Part shown: piece after piece, positions 47,531 to 57,862 of the stretch
How the letters are laid out: every line of letters begins with the position of its first letter
How positions within the stretch are numbered: the first letter of the stretch is position 1
NCBI GenBank assembly: GCA_963932905.1
Contig: CAWVRN010000001.1
Location: forward strand, 64,001 to 128,000
Direction: 5' to 3'
Source of the DNA: an uncultured Bdellovibrio sp.
Lineage (GTDB): Bacteria > Bdellovibrionota > Bdellovibrionia > Bdellovibrionales > Bdellovibrionaceae
DNA: 64,000 nt
The notes under the pieces: generated by a model
What the model saw: the letters and a program-made list of their open reading frames with translations, nothing else
What the model was told of the DNA's origin: nothing
Database searches by the model: none
Translations under genes and position numbers: made by a program

Positions 47531-49066
47531 TTAGTCTTTGATGAACAGTTCGTACTGTTCGATGTGGTAAGACGGCTCGATTTTGAAAGTTACTGATTTC
47601 TTTAACTTTTTTTCAAGATGTTCCAGTGTTTTACCTTCGAATTCATAGATCCAATCGACGATTTCACTGCGGCAGTGAACCGCAAATGTGCTTTTCGAAT
47701 TATCGATCATGCCGATTTCACGCTCTAGCTCGCGGAAAATCTCGTTCGCAACTGTTGATTTACGTTTGATGTAACCATGACCATCGCAGTAGCTGCAGGG
47801 TTCACACAGAGTCTTAATTAAACTAGGTCTAGTGCGTTTACGGGTCATCTCTACTAAACCTAGTGATGACATCGATAGAACATTCACTTTTCCGCGGTCT
47901 TTAAGAACTTCTTCTTTCAGGCCGTCTAAAATTTTTTCACGGTGAGATTCTTTTTCCATGTCGATGAAGTCGATAATAATGATGCCGCCGCAATTTCTGA
48001 TTCGCAGTTGATGGGCAATCTCTTTTACGGCTTCTAGATTGGTTTTTAGAATCGTGTCTTCTAAATCCTTTTTACCAACAAATCGACCGGTGTTGACGTC
48101 AATAACCACTAATGCTTCGGCTTCATCGATAACGATGTAACCGCCCGATTTTAACCAGATTTTTCTATCCAGTGAGCGCGAAACCTCTAGTTCCACGTCG
48201 TATAAATCAAACAGGGGTTTTGGTTCTTCATACAGAATTATGTTCTGTTTATATTTAGGCATTAATTGCGTTACGAACTTGCTTACTTTTTTGTGAATTT
48301 CAGCGTCGTCCACCCAAACACTGACTACATCTTCGTTCATCAGGTCGCGCAAGGCGCGCAATTCAACTTCGATTTCTTGATGAACTAATCCTGGCGTTTT
48401 CTTTTTATCGTAGTTTTTTAAAACTTCTTTCGAAAGACGATCTAAATAGTCTACGTCAGACTTCAGATTTTCTTCCGAAGCGCCCTCACCCGCAGTACGT
48501 ACGATAACGCCGCCCAGTGGATTAATTTTTTGAACTAAGTTTTTTAAACGATCACGTTCTTCTTCGTGTTCGATACGACGTGAAATGCCCAAATGACGAA
48601 TTGTTGGCAAATAAACTACGAATCGGCCGGGCAATGAGATATGCGTCGTCAAACGTGCGCCTTTAGTCCCAAGCGGATCTTTGGCTACTTGAACTAACAG
48701 AGCTTGGCCTTCTTTAATTAAATCTTGAATCGGGGTTTTATTTTCGCTTTTCTGAGGAATGCCTTCTTCGTCGAAAACAGTTTCTTCTAGTGGTTCTTCG
48801 CGATCTAAATCAGGAATTGGGTAACTATCAGAATCTAGATCTTCACGAATGTCGCCCACATATAGGAAAGCGGCCTTTTCCAGACCAATATCCACAAACG
48901 CGGCCTGCATACCCGGAAGTACGCGCAGCACGACCCCGCGGAATATGGACCCAACCATGGTCGGAGATGTTTTACGTTCAATTTTAAGGTCAGTTAGGAT
49001 TCCTTTGTCGACATAGGCAACGCGAGTCTCGTGAGGTCTAACGTTGATCAAGATTTCAGCAGCCAT
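47531..49066 (-). CDS. rng: Ribonuclease G (Rne/Rng family)
   Basis: VLPGMQAAFVDIG, KGARLT, IDVNTG, GGIIIIDFIDM; short form without an RNase E tail. Confidence 0.95.
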   Translation of the reverse strand: MAAEILINVRPHETRVAYVDKGILTDLKIERKTSPTMVGSIFRGVVLRVLPGMQAAFVDIGLEKAAFLYVGDIREDLDSDSYPIPDLDREEPLEETVFDEEGIPQKSENKTPIQDLIKEGQALLVQVAKDPLGTKGARLTTHISLPGRFVVYLPTIRHLGISRRIEHEEERDRLKNLVQKINPLGGVIVRTAGEGASEENLKSDVDYLDRLSKEVLKNYDKKKTPGLVHQEIEVELRALRDLMNEDVVSVWVDDAEIHKKVSKFVTQLMPKYKQNIILYEEPKPLFDLYDVELEVSRSLDRKIWLKSGGYIVIDEAEALVVIDVNTGRFVGKKDLEDTILKTNLEAVKEIAHQLRIRNCGGIIIIDFIDMEKESHREKILDGLKEEVLKDRGKVNVLSMSSLGLVEMTRKRTRPSLIKTLCEPCSYCDGHGYIKRKSTVANEIFRELEREIGMIDNSKSTFAVHCRSEIVDWIYEFEGKTLEHLEKKLKKSVTFKIEPSYHIEQYELFIKD

Positions 49067-49167
49067 GGTCTATCCTTTTTCGGGCGGTGTACAAGATTGT
49101 CTAAAACAATAGTCCAGAGGAGTCTAGTAAAAGAAATTAATTTTAATAACTTAGACCTGTTTTGCCC

Positions 49168-49194
49168 TTATATTTTTCCTGGCTCAGCCGATTA
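49168..49194 (+). promoter_or_regulatory. Candidate sigma28 (FliA) promoter of pilT
   Basis: TTATATTT-N11-GCCGATTA versus consensus TAAAGTTT-N11-GCCGATAA. Confidence 0.55.
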
Positions 49195-49227
49195 GATAAA
49201 TGATTAGAAATTGCTAAGGAGTAGGTT

Positions 49228-50307
49228 TTGGCTGCAATAGACGACTTATTTAAAATCATGGTGGAACAAAATGCTTCCGATTTGCATTTAACAAGCGGAG
49301 CGCCTCCCTATTTACGTCTGCACGGCAAAATGATGCCGCTGAACTACAAAGAGCTAACAAGCCAGGAAGTTCAGGGTCTTTTATTTGAAATTCTTACGGA
49401 AAAACAAAAAAAGTCATTTATCGAAAAATGGGAATTAGACTGCGCGTACACGGTTCCGGGTTTAGCGCGTTTTCGTTGCAATATCTTCATGCAAAGAAAA
49501 GGTTTAGCGGGCGTATTCAGGATCATTCCAGAAAAAATTAAATCAGCTCAAGAATTGAACTTACCACAAGGTATTTTAGATCTTATCGACTGCGATCGCG
49601 GGTTGATTCTTGTTACGGGTCCAACGGGTTCTGGTAAATCGACGACCCTAGCAGCGATGATACATGAAATTAACATGAATTCAGAATCGCACATCATCAC
49701 GGTGGAAGATCCTATCGAGTTCGTTCATCAAAATATTAAATCAGTTATCAATCAACGTGAAGTTGGTTCTCACACGAAATCGTTCTCGAACGCCCTGAAA
49801 GCGGCTCTGCGGGAAGATCCAGATATCTTGCTGGTGGGTGAGCTTCGTGACTTAGAAACGATTTCCTTAGCCTTAACAGCGGCAGAAACTGGTCATATTG
49901 TGTTTGGTACTTTACATACAAACAATGCGGCGAAGACTATCGATCGTATCATAGACGTTTTCCCTTCTAGCCAACAAGCCCAAATTAGAACGATGTTGTC
50001 AGAAAGCTTGCGCGGAGTTGTAGCCCAAACGCTGTTCCCGCGTGCCGATGGGCAAGGTCGTGTGGCCGCGTACGAAATTTTGAAGAGCACGAAAGCGGTT
50101 GCGAACTTAATTCGTGAAGGTAAGATCCATCAAATTCCATCTGCGATCCAAACAGGTACCGGTGCCGGCATGGTTTCTTTCGAGAAATACATCGATGACT
50201 TGGTTAAAAAAGGTAAAGTGGCTCCGCACGATGCGAAATTATTCTTGGGTAAAGATACAGAAACAACGTCAGCTTCCACGAATGCCGTTAAGCGACCTGC
50301 ATCTTAA
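49228..50307 (+). CDS. pilT: Type IV pilus retraction ATPase PilT
   Basis: ASDLH, GPTGSGKST, EDPIE, LREDPD, GELRD, AETGH..GTLH; TTG start with AAGGAG RBS. Confidence 0.96.
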   Translation: MAAIDDLFKIMVEQNASDLHLTSGAPPYLRLHGKMMPLNYKELTSQEVQGLLFEILTEKQKKSFIEKWELDCAYTVPGLARFRCNIFMQRKGLAGVFRIIPEKIKSAQELNLPQGILDLIDCDRGLILVTGPTGSGKSTTLAAMIHEINMNSESHIITVEDPIEFVHQNIKSVINQREVGSHTKSFSNALKAALREDPDILLVGELRDLETISLALTAAETGHIVFGTLHTNNAAKTIDRIIDVFPSSQQAQIRTMLSESLRGVVAQTLFPRADGQGRVAAYEILKSTKAVANLIREGKIHQIPSAIQTGTGAGMVSFEKYIDDLVKKGKVAPHDAKLFLGKDTETTSASTNAVKRPAS

Positions 50308-50314
50308 TTTGTAG

Positions 50315-50704
50315 CTACCATTGATATTGAAACGACAAAAGAGGCCAGCTTATATCCGGGCCTCTTTTTTTATTTGTAGAACGCTCGGCTAGCTGAACCT
50401 GAGTGGAAAGTGGTAACAGATTTTCATTGGCTGCCGAACGTTGACCGTAATTATCATACATCACGTAACTAACGCCGGCGAGTAAGCCGACCGCAACACC
50501 CGTCGTGATATTATCCGTGTGTTCCTGCGGTTTTCCATAAAAACTAAGAGTACTTAAACCCAAGATTCCGCCACCGATACTTGCAAATAAGATCGTTGCT
50601 GTCGTTCGTTTGAACGAAGACTGCGACTGTGCCCACGTTGGCGCGGCACTTACTAGTAACATCAATGCTGTAAAAATCTGCATGAATTTCATTAGTATCA
50701 ACAC
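50315..50704 (-). CDS. Hypothetical exported/membrane protein with two Gly-rich helices
   Basis: Signal peptide ending TWA; GGGILGL and GVAVGLLAG segments. Confidence 0.65.
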   Translation of the reverse strand: MLILMKFMQIFTALMLLVSAAPTWAQSQSSFKRTTATILFASIGGGILGLSTLSFYGKPQEHTDNITTGVAVGLLAGVSYVMYDNYGQRSAANENLLPLSTQVQLAERSTNKKRGPDISWPLLSFQYQW

Positions 50705-50722
50705 TAGCGGTTACAATCATTT

Positions 50723-50751
50723 TTGACAAACGCTTTTGTTATCTATTTAAT
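50723..50751 (+). promoter_or_regulatory. Candidate sigma70 promoter of deoC
   Basis: TTGACA-17bp-TTTAAT; ATG 7 nt downstream. Confidence 0.6.
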
Positions 50752-50758
50752 CAGGTTT

Positions 50759-51424
50759 ATGGAAAATTTAGCTTCATACATCGATCACACCCTTTTAAAA
50801 CCTGAAAGCCGTAAAGCTGACTTCGTTAAATTATGCGAAGAAGCTAAGACTCATCATTTCTTTTCTGTCTGTGTAAATTCACACTGGGTTCCGCCCTGCT
50901 CGCAGTGGTTGGCTGGATCTGGTGTAAAAGTATGCAGTGTCGTTGGTTTTCCTTTGGGCGCAAATCATTCTTCAACTAAAGCGTTTGAAGCGGACTGGGC
51001 CATTCAACATGGCGCGAGTGAAATCGACATGGTTATCAATATTGGCGCACTCAAAGATAAAGATTTTGCCTTGATTGAATTAGATATCAAAACCGTAGTT
51101 AAAGCCTGCCAAGGTAATACTTTGAAAGTGATCATCGAAACATGCTTGCTGACGGACGAAGAAAAAGTTTCAGCGTGCAAAATTATCGAATCAGCTGGCG
51201 CACAGTTTGTTAAAACATCAACGGGTTTTTCCACTGGCGGCGCACAATTAAGTGATATCGTTTTATTTAAGAACAACTTAGGCAAACACATGCAAATCAA
51301 AGCCAGCGGCGGAGTTAAAAACAAAGCGCAAGCTTTGGAATTTATCGCGGCGGGCGCTAATCGTTTAGGTACTTCATCAGGTGTTAGCCTTGTACAAGGC
51401 ATGGAATCAAAATCTAGCTACTAG
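50759..51424 (+). CDS. deoC: Deoxyribose-phosphate aldolase
   Basis: IDHTLLKP, GFPLG, EIDMV, LKVIIET, VKTSTGF, IKASGG. Confidence 0.97.
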   Translation: MENLASYIDHTLLKPESRKADFVKLCEEAKTHHFFSVCVNSHWVPPCSQWLAGSGVKVCSVVGFPLGANHSSTKAFEADWAIQHGASEIDMVINIGALKDKDFALIELDIKTVVKACQGNTLKVIIETCLLTDEEKVSACKIIESAGAQFVKTSTGFSTGGAQLSDIVLFKNNLGKHMQIKASGGVKNKAQALEFIAAGANRLGTSSGVSLVQGMESKSSY

Positions 51425-51430
51425 GAAATT

Positions 51431-52747
51431 ATGTTATTACAAACTGAGATTATAAAAAAGAAGCGCGACAAAAAAGAACTAGAGCTTGAGGAGATTGATT
51501 ATTTAATCCAAGCTTACACTCGTGGCGAAGTTCCTGATTATCAAATGTCCGCGTGGTTAATGGCCGTGTTCTTTAACGGAATGACAGAAAAAGAAACGTT
51601 CGGGTTAACTAAATCGATGATCAATTCTGGTATCACGGTTGATTTTTCTGAAATTAAAAAATTCAAAGTCGACAAGCATTCCACCGGCGGCGTTGGCGAT
51701 AAAACAAGTCTGATTTTGGGACCGATCGTGGCGGCTGCGGGAATCCCCGTTCCGATGATTTCAGGTCGTGGCCTTGGTCACACGGGTGGGACACTAGATA
51801 AATTAGAATCCATTCCGGGATTCAACACGCAATTAAACTTGGAACAGTTTATCGAGGCGATTAAGAAACACGAAATCGCGTTCATTGGACAAACCAAAGA
51901 AATCTGTCCTGCTGATAAAAAACTATACGCTCTTCGTGACGTTACGGCTACGGTGGATTGTATTCCCTTAATCTGCGCCAGCATCATGTCTAAAAAATTA
52001 GCGGAAGGCGTAGATGGATTAGTTCTAGATGTTAAGTTTGGCTCGGGCGCATTTATGAAAAAATCGAAAGACGCGGCTATTCTGGCTAAATACCTGATGA
52101 AAATTGCCAAACGTTACGGCAAAAAAATCTCGGCTTATTTAACGTCCATGAACCAACCACTAGGACGCTACGCTGGAAACTCTCTAGAGGTTTTTGAGTG
52201 TGTTGAAATTATGAAAAATAAAACTCATATCAATAAACACGGCTATGATTCCTACGCCGACACCCGTGAGTTGAGCCTAGTTTTAGCCAGTGAAATGATG
52301 TTCCTGACCGGCAAATACAAAAACCGCGATAAAAGCTATGCTCATGCTAAAGAGATCTTAGAATCCGGCAAAGCGTGGGAAAAGTTCAAAGAACTTTGTG
52401 TCCTTCACGCGGGGAATATTGAAAAACTGCCTCTGCCAAGCAGTTCACATGACGTGAAAGCGACAAAAAAAGGATTCATTCATTCTTTTGATGTCGAGAA
52501 AATAGGCTTAGCTGCAATCAAAATCAAAGCCGGCCGCAGAATCAAAGAAGATACTATTGAGGGTACCGCTGGTATTGAATTTCACTGCAAAATTGGCGAC
52601 GCTGTTAACAAAGGCGACGTAGTTTACACAATTCACGGCGATAATAAGGATTTATTCATGCACGCTGTGCCTGATCTTGAAGCGTCTTTTGTGATCAAAA
52701 GTAAGAAAATTAAGAAGGATAAGTTGATTCTAAATCACTTCACTTAA
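51431..52747 (+). CDS. pdp: Pyrimidine-nucleoside/thymidine phosphorylase
   Basis: DKHSTGGVGDK, SGRGLGHTGGTLDKLE, LRDVTAT, SIMSKK. Confidence 0.95.
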   Translation: MLLQTEIIKKKRDKKELELEEIDYLIQAYTRGEVPDYQMSAWLMAVFFNGMTEKETFGLTKSMINSGITVDFSEIKKFKVDKHSTGGVGDKTSLILGPIVAAAGIPVPMISGRGLGHTGGTLDKLESIPGFNTQLNLEQFIEAIKKHEIAFIGQTKEICPADKKLYALRDVTATVDCIPLICASIMSKKLAEGVDGLVLDVKFGSGAFMKKSKDAAILAKYLMKIAKRYGKKISAYLTSMNQPLGRYAGNSLEVFECVEIMKNKTHINKHGYDSYADTRELSLVLASEMMFLTGKYKNRDKSYAHAKEILESGKAWEKFKELCVLHAGNIEKLPLPSSSHDVKATKKGFIHSFDVEKIGLAAIKIKAGRRIKEDTIEGTAGIEFHCKIGDAVNKGDVVYTIHGDNKDLFMHAVPDLEASFVIKSKKIKKDKLILNHFT

Positions 52748-52861
52748 ATTGCGCGAATTATTTCTTTTTTATTATCCTATCTACAGGAGTTAAAAACTCT
52801 CTAGACTTATTATACTTTTTAGTGGTTAAATTACGGAAATCTCTAGGGATAAGGGGTAATT

Positions 52862-53686
52862 TTGAAAAATCAGGTGTTAGAAAATTTAACAGAAGCAGTT
52901 AAATACATTCGCAGCCAAACAGCGATGAAGCCACAGATCGGCATCATTTTAGGTTCTGGCTTGGGTGCTTTTGTGGATCAGGTACAAGTCACTTGCAAAA
53001 TTTCCTACAACGATATTCCTCATTTTATGTCCACAACAGTGGAAGGTCATAAAGGAAATCTTATTTTTGGAACTCTAGGAAATAAAAATGTAGTTATCCT
53101 TCAAGGTCGTAACCATTACTACGAAGGCCACAGCATGGAATCCGTAGTGTTTCCAACGCGTACATTAGCTCTTCTTGGAATCGAAACATTGATCCTGACA
53201 AACTCAGCGGGCGGATTTGGCGATACAATGCAAGCTGGTGATTTCATGATCATCGAAGATCATATTAACTTAATGGGTATTAATCCCCTAATGGGTCCGA
53301 ATATCAAAGAACTAGGTCCTCGTTTCCCTGATATGACGGAAGCATACGATCATTCTTTAATCGCTAAAATGGAAAAAATATTCCAGCAAATGTCGACTAA
53401 GTATCACAAAGGTATTTACTGCGGTGTTAGCGGTCCTACCTACGAAACGCCCGCAGAAGTGCGCTATTTAAAACTACTTGGCGGTAAGGCTGTTGGTATG
53501 TCGACAGTTCCGGAAGCCATCGCCGCAAACCATTTAGGCTTGCGCGTCGGCGCTTTAAGCTGCATCACGAATTTAGCGGCCGGAATTTCAAGACAAAAAC
53601 TATCTCACGAAGAAGTGACTGAAACCGCAAAAAAAGTGGAACAAAAGTTTTCAAATTTCATGCGGCAGTTAATTGAATCGCTTTAG
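52862..53686 (+). CDS. punA: Purine-nucleoside phosphorylase (trimeric PNP-I type)
   Basis: IILGSGLG, GRNHYYEG, GPTYETPAE, VGMSTVPE. Confidence 0.95.
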   Translation: MKNQVLENLTEAVKYIRSQTAMKPQIGIILGSGLGAFVDQVQVTCKISYNDIPHFMSTTVEGHKGNLIFGTLGNKNVVILQGRNHYYEGHSMESVVFPTRTLALLGIETLILTNSAGGFGDTMQAGDFMIIEDHINLMGINPLMGPNIKELGPRFPDMTEAYDHSLIAKMEKIFQQMSTKYHKGIYCGVSGPTYETPAEVRYLKLLGGKAVGMSTVPEAIAANHLGLRVGALSCITNLAAGISRQKLSHEEVTETAKKVEQKFSNFMRQLIESL

Positions 53687-54180
53687 TTTTCTTTCTCACA
53701 TGTCCAGCTTTTCACTGGGACGAAGCCGTCGACGTGTTTGAACAAAATCTGCGCGTCTTTATCTAAAAAATAAGTTACCTGATCTGTGGTTTCAGCCCAA
53801 GTTTGCACAACGACTTTAAATCCCAAAGTTTCGTGGGCCTTACCTTCAAATTTATAAGCAGAAACTTTGAGTGGACTTGATTCACCGTCTTTAATTAGAG
53901 ATGATTTGATTTCTTTTAAATATGCCGTCACTGCTTTTTGTTCAGCGGGACTTAATCTTAATACATTTTTATAGGTAATCTGAAACTTGTTTTTTAATGT
54001 AAATGGATAACCGGCGTTCATCGCACGCACATTTTCTTGGCACTGGATTAGTTCTTTACGAGCTAATTCCTCGGCACCCGCCGATGCGTGTCCTCTGGTT
54101 TCGAACGAAACAATATAAAACAACAGCGTGCCCGTTGTGAAGAAATAGAATATTTTTTTGATAAACAAAGTGCTCAACAT
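53683..54180 (-). CDS. Hypothetical exported protein
   Basis: 165-aa ORF with a hydrophobic N-terminus; fills the gap between convergent genes. Confidence 0.55.
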   Translation of the reverse strand: MLSTLFIKKIFYFFTTGTLLFYIVSFETRGHASAGAEELARKELIQCQENVRAMNAGYPFTLKNKFQITYKNVLRLSPAEQKAVTAYLKEIKSSLIKDGESSPLKVSAYKFEGKAHETLGFKVVVQTWAETTDQVTYFLDKDAQILFKHVDGFVPVKSWTCEKEN

Positions 54181-54307
54181 ATAATCCCCATAAAAACCCG
54201 AAAGTGTCTGTTTACGGCACGTTCATGTAAATCTTTCTTAGATTACAATTTTAAGTGCGGTAAAACGAACTCCCAAACTTGCTTACAAGGATTAGCAAGC
54301 ACTATGC

Positions 54308-56188
54308 CTAGTTTCCGATGTGCCTTTTAAGGAAAACTTCCATAGCCTCAAAAAATTCAATGCGATTTTCTTCGTTTCTAAAGCCATGACCTTCGTTTTC
54401 TTTAACAATATACTGCACCTTCACGCCACGTTTCTCTAACGCTTGAACCATTTGGTCTGATTCTGCTTTGTTCACGCGCGGATCTTTTGCACCTTGGACT
54501 ACGAGCAATGGAGCTTTGATTTTATCCGCGTTTAGTGCGGGCGATGTGGCTGTAAACTGAGCTTTATCCTTTTCGGGGTGGCCCACCATCTCGTAGAATT
54601 TTTCTAGTTCTGTTGTCCAATACGGGGGAATGGTATTCAAAAATGTGAACAAATTTGAAACGCCCACAAAATCAATTCCGCACGCGTATAGATTTGGATC
54701 TTTCACCAAACCCGACAATGTGGCATAGCCACCGTAAGATCCGCCATAGATGCAGATTTTACTCTCGTCTGCTATTCCTTCCTGAACAAGCCATTTAACA
54801 CCGTCCGTGATATCTTCTTGCATTTTTAAACCCCACTGTTTGTACGAGGCCTGTAAGAACGCTTTTCCATAACCAGTGGAACCACGGAAGTTCATTTGCA
54901 GAACACCATACCCGCGACTAGCTAAGAACTGAACCTGAGAATTGTACTGCCAGAAATCACGTGCCCATGGCCCGCCATGAGGATTAACGATGATTGGCAA
55001 GTTTTTAGCTTTTTTATTTTTTGGTAACGTTAAGTAGCCGTTGATGGTTAAACCATCGCGTGATTGGTAGCTGATCGGCTTCATAGGATTTAGTTTATCT
55101 TCTTCTAACCATGGCGCTACCTGAGCTAATAGTTTCAGTTCGTCGCGGTTTGAATCATACAGATAGAAAGCGCCCAACGAGCGGTCAGAAATTGATCGCA
55201 CGATAAATAAATCTTCGTTTTTAGTCGTCGACACAAAGCGAACTTCCTTGCCGACCAATTTCTCTGCGACCTTATTGTAAATTGCTTCCATTGTTGGGTC
55301 AAAAAACTGAGCCGTTGTTTTCCAGGTGATGAAACGTGCAGAAGTTAGCACCTTTCTTTTCTTAGAAAACGTTAAAACATTCACGTCTACATCGGGATGC
55401 TGATAGATAATTTTTGTTTCTTCTTTGCTTTTGATATCAAATTCTACAAGCGATTCCTTATCGCGATTTAAGTTGGAGGCAGCGTAGAGGTTTTTGTTAT
55501 CAAAAGTGAAAAATAAAGGCGTGAATGAATCTTTATACGGATAGGTCAAAACTTTAGAAAACTTCTGCCCCTCTGAATCCCGGTACAAAATGTTATAATT
55601 TGTGCCTTCTGATTCAACCGCTACCCTTAATTTTCCATTATGATCCGTTATCCAGCCTATGATCGATCCCGGATTCTGAGCCAGTGGCGCCAGTTTCCCT
55701 GTCTTAACATTTAATCTAAAAACATCGAAAACTTTCTTATCGCGCATGTTATGCGAAATTACGATTTCGTCATCCTTAACGTTTTCCATCGGATCAACAA
55801 TTTCAGCACGCGTATTTGGAAAATTCGTTACATCTTTTTCAGTTCTTGCCTGAATATCAACCGTGAACACATGAAAATTTTCATCACCGCCGAAATCGCG
55901 CATGTAGATTACATGACCATTTCCTTTCCAAAAATAATTTACGATATCGCGATCTGTACTGCTTGTTAAGCGCACTTCTTGACCGCCGTCTTTATTTTCC
56001 TTGATGTGTATGTTCATTCTACGCTCGTAGGGCTTTAGATAGGAAATCCACTTACCATCCGGTGAAATTTGGTAGTTAGTTGAATCTGGGTTTTTAAAAA
56101 AGTCCCGCAATGGAATTAAATTTTCGTCTTTTGAAAATGAAATCTGCGTGGCCATTAAAATAACGACTAAAACTTGAAACAGTGTCAT
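54308..56188 (-). CDS. S9 family (prolyl oligo/acylaminoacyl) peptidase, exported
   Basis: Signal peptide; ISPDG propeller; HGGP, GGSYGG, DPRV, EGHGF. Confidence 0.95.
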   Translation of the reverse strand: MTLFQVLVVILMATQISFSKDENLIPLRDFFKNPDSTNYQISPDGKWISYLKPYERRMNIHIKENKDGGQEVRLTSSTDRDIVNYFWKGNGHVIYMRDFGGDENFHVFTVDIQARTEKDVTNFPNTRAEIVDPMENVKDDEIVISHNMRDKKVFDVFRLNVKTGKLAPLAQNPGSIIGWITDHNGKLRVAVESEGTNYNILYRDSEGQKFSKVLTYPYKDSFTPLFFTFDNKNLYAASNLNRDKESLVEFDIKSKEETKIIYQHPDVDVNVLTFSKKRKVLTSARFITWKTTAQFFDPTMEAIYNKVAEKLVGKEVRFVSTTKNEDLFIVRSISDRSLGAFYLYDSNRDELKLLAQVAPWLEEDKLNPMKPISYQSRDGLTINGYLTLPKNKKAKNLPIIVNPHGGPWARDFWQYNSQVQFLASRGYGVLQMNFRGSTGYGKAFLQASYKQWGLKMQEDITDGVKWLVQEGIADESKICIYGGSYGGYATLSGLVKDPNLYACGIDFVGVSNLFTFLNTIPPYWTTELEKFYEMVGHPEKDKAQFTATSPALNADKIKAPLLVVQGAKDPRVNKAESDQMVQALEKRGVKVQYIVKENEGHGFRNEENRIEFFEAMEVFLKRHIGN

Positions 56189-56521
56189 GGTGGTGACTCC
56201 TAAAAACGAGTGGAATTTACATTCTACAGAGATCTGTTTTTACAATCTAGTTAGAAATGCACTCTACTAAATGCTAGGTCGACAATAGATCCTCGATGAA
56301 CTTTTTTTCCTAGTTCAAAATGATTTTAAAGTCGATTTTTCCTAACCGGTTAATAACCTGCTTCTTTTTTTTCACCCTATTTTTCCAATGAAACCCGCGA
56401 CTCGATTCAGGTCTAGTTTTGCAATCATAGACTCTCCCGCGGCGCTTTTTACGTCGATGAGTTCACCAGAACCGGCCCCTTGCGAGTCATCAATATAGGG
56501 ACCACCGCTACGGAGTTACAC

Positions 56522-57766
56522 ATGGATGTTGTAAGGATAGTATCATTAGTTGCGTCCGCTATTTTCTTAATTTCCTGCGCGCAGGAAAGTGGAAAAACAG
56601 CAGATAATGTCTTCGTCGAGAAGTCATCGAATCCATGCAATTCAAAAACAATTGAAAATCAGTACATAGTCAGCTGGGAAGACGGGACCTTCACTACCGA
56701 AAGCGGCTTATCAAAAGAAGACTTCAAAAAAGAATTTGTTGAAAAGAATTTGTCTCAAATTAAAAAAATTCACTACGATCAAAGAGTTCAATTTTATTCT
56801 TCGAATGATATCCACGGTATGACAGAGCCTTTGACTCCGAATAATACGACGACGGCAGATCAAACGTGGGGTCAAACAATGATCCAAGCGGATTCAGTTT
56901 GGAGCAAAAATGCGACCGGACAGAATGTGATCGTTGGTGTAGTAGATTCATACGTTGATGTGACTCACTCGCAGCTTAAAGATCAAATTTTAATTAACAC
57001 GAAAGAAATTCCCAACAACGGTAAAGACGACGATGGAAACGGCTACGTTGATGATTACTCGAGCATGAATTTTACAGGTGTGGCGAACTACACAATTCAA
57101 AATGAACACGGAACGCACGTGGCTGGGATCATTGCTTCTGATCACAGTGGTTTAATGAAAGGTGTTGCGCCGGATGCTAAAATCGTGGCAGCTCCGTTTA
57201 TCTCGAATGACGGCTCTGGATCTTTAAGTGACGCTATTAATGCTATGAATTACGTAGTTTCACGTGGTGCCAAAGTCATTAACGCCAGCTGGGGAGGCAG
57301 TGTGTGCGTGGCCACATTGAAGGACGCTTTTGACGAAATTTCGGCCAAAGGTGTTTTGATTGTCGTTGCGGCTGGAAACGAAAGTCGCGATTTAGATTAC
57401 AACCCTACTTATCCTGCAGCGTTTAATATTGCGGGACAAATCACTGTAGGCGCTTCAAATGCTAACGATTACATGACGTCGTTCTCTAACAGCAGCTTTA
57501 ACTTAGTGCACTTGGCGGCTCCGGGTGATTCCATCATGAGCACCGTACCAGGCGAAAAATACAACTACCTTAAGGGTACAAGTATGGCGGCGCCATTCGT
57601 AACAGGTGCGGCAGCTGTTTTAATGAGCGCTTTTCCAAAAGCCACCGCACCCCAGATCAAAGAGGCATTGATCAACTCGGTGGACATCACACCAAATCAC
57701 GAATTTCGCGTCGTCTCTCGTGGACGCCTAAATTTGCTAAAGGCTTACAATTACTTAAATCATTAA
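56522..57766 (+). CDS. S8 subtilisin-like lipoprotein peptidase
   Basis: Lipobox LISC; VVDS, HGTHVAG, AAGN, GTSMAAP. Confidence 0.93.
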   Translation: MDVVRIVSLVASAIFLISCAQESGKTADNVFVEKSSNPCNSKTIENQYIVSWEDGTFTTESGLSKEDFKKEFVEKNLSQIKKIHYDQRVQFYSSNDIHGMTEPLTPNNTTTADQTWGQTMIQADSVWSKNATGQNVIVGVVDSYVDVTHSQLKDQILINTKEIPNNGKDDDGNGYVDDYSSMNFTGVANYTIQNEHGTHVAGIIASDHSGLMKGVAPDAKIVAAPFISNDGSGSLSDAINAMNYVVSRGAKVINASWGGSVCVATLKDAFDEISAKGVLIVVAAGNESRDLDYNPTYPAAFNIAGQITVGASNANDYMTSFSNSSFNLVHLAAPGDSIMSTVPGEKYNYLKGTSMAAPFVTGAAAVLMSAFPKATAPQIKEALINSVDITPNHEFRVVSRGRLNLLKAYNYLNH

Positions 57767-57776
57767 GCGCAGCGCC

Positions 57777-57802
57777 AAAACCCTCCTTGCGAGGGGTTTT
57801 TT
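57777..57802 (+). terminator. Intrinsic terminator
   Basis: AAAACCCTC-cttgc-GAGGGGTTTTTT. Confidence 0.75.
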
Positions 57803-57862
57803 CTAAGGGATTTTGGTTGGATTAATTCCTTAAATCATATAAAAAATTGCAACGAGGTTTTT

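Noticed and set aside
56480..56521. Longer ORF-track starts (also 15822, 18347, 31267, 32441, 36985, 50723)
   Set aside because: Downstream ATGs fit the RBS, signal peptide/lipobox or promoter position better
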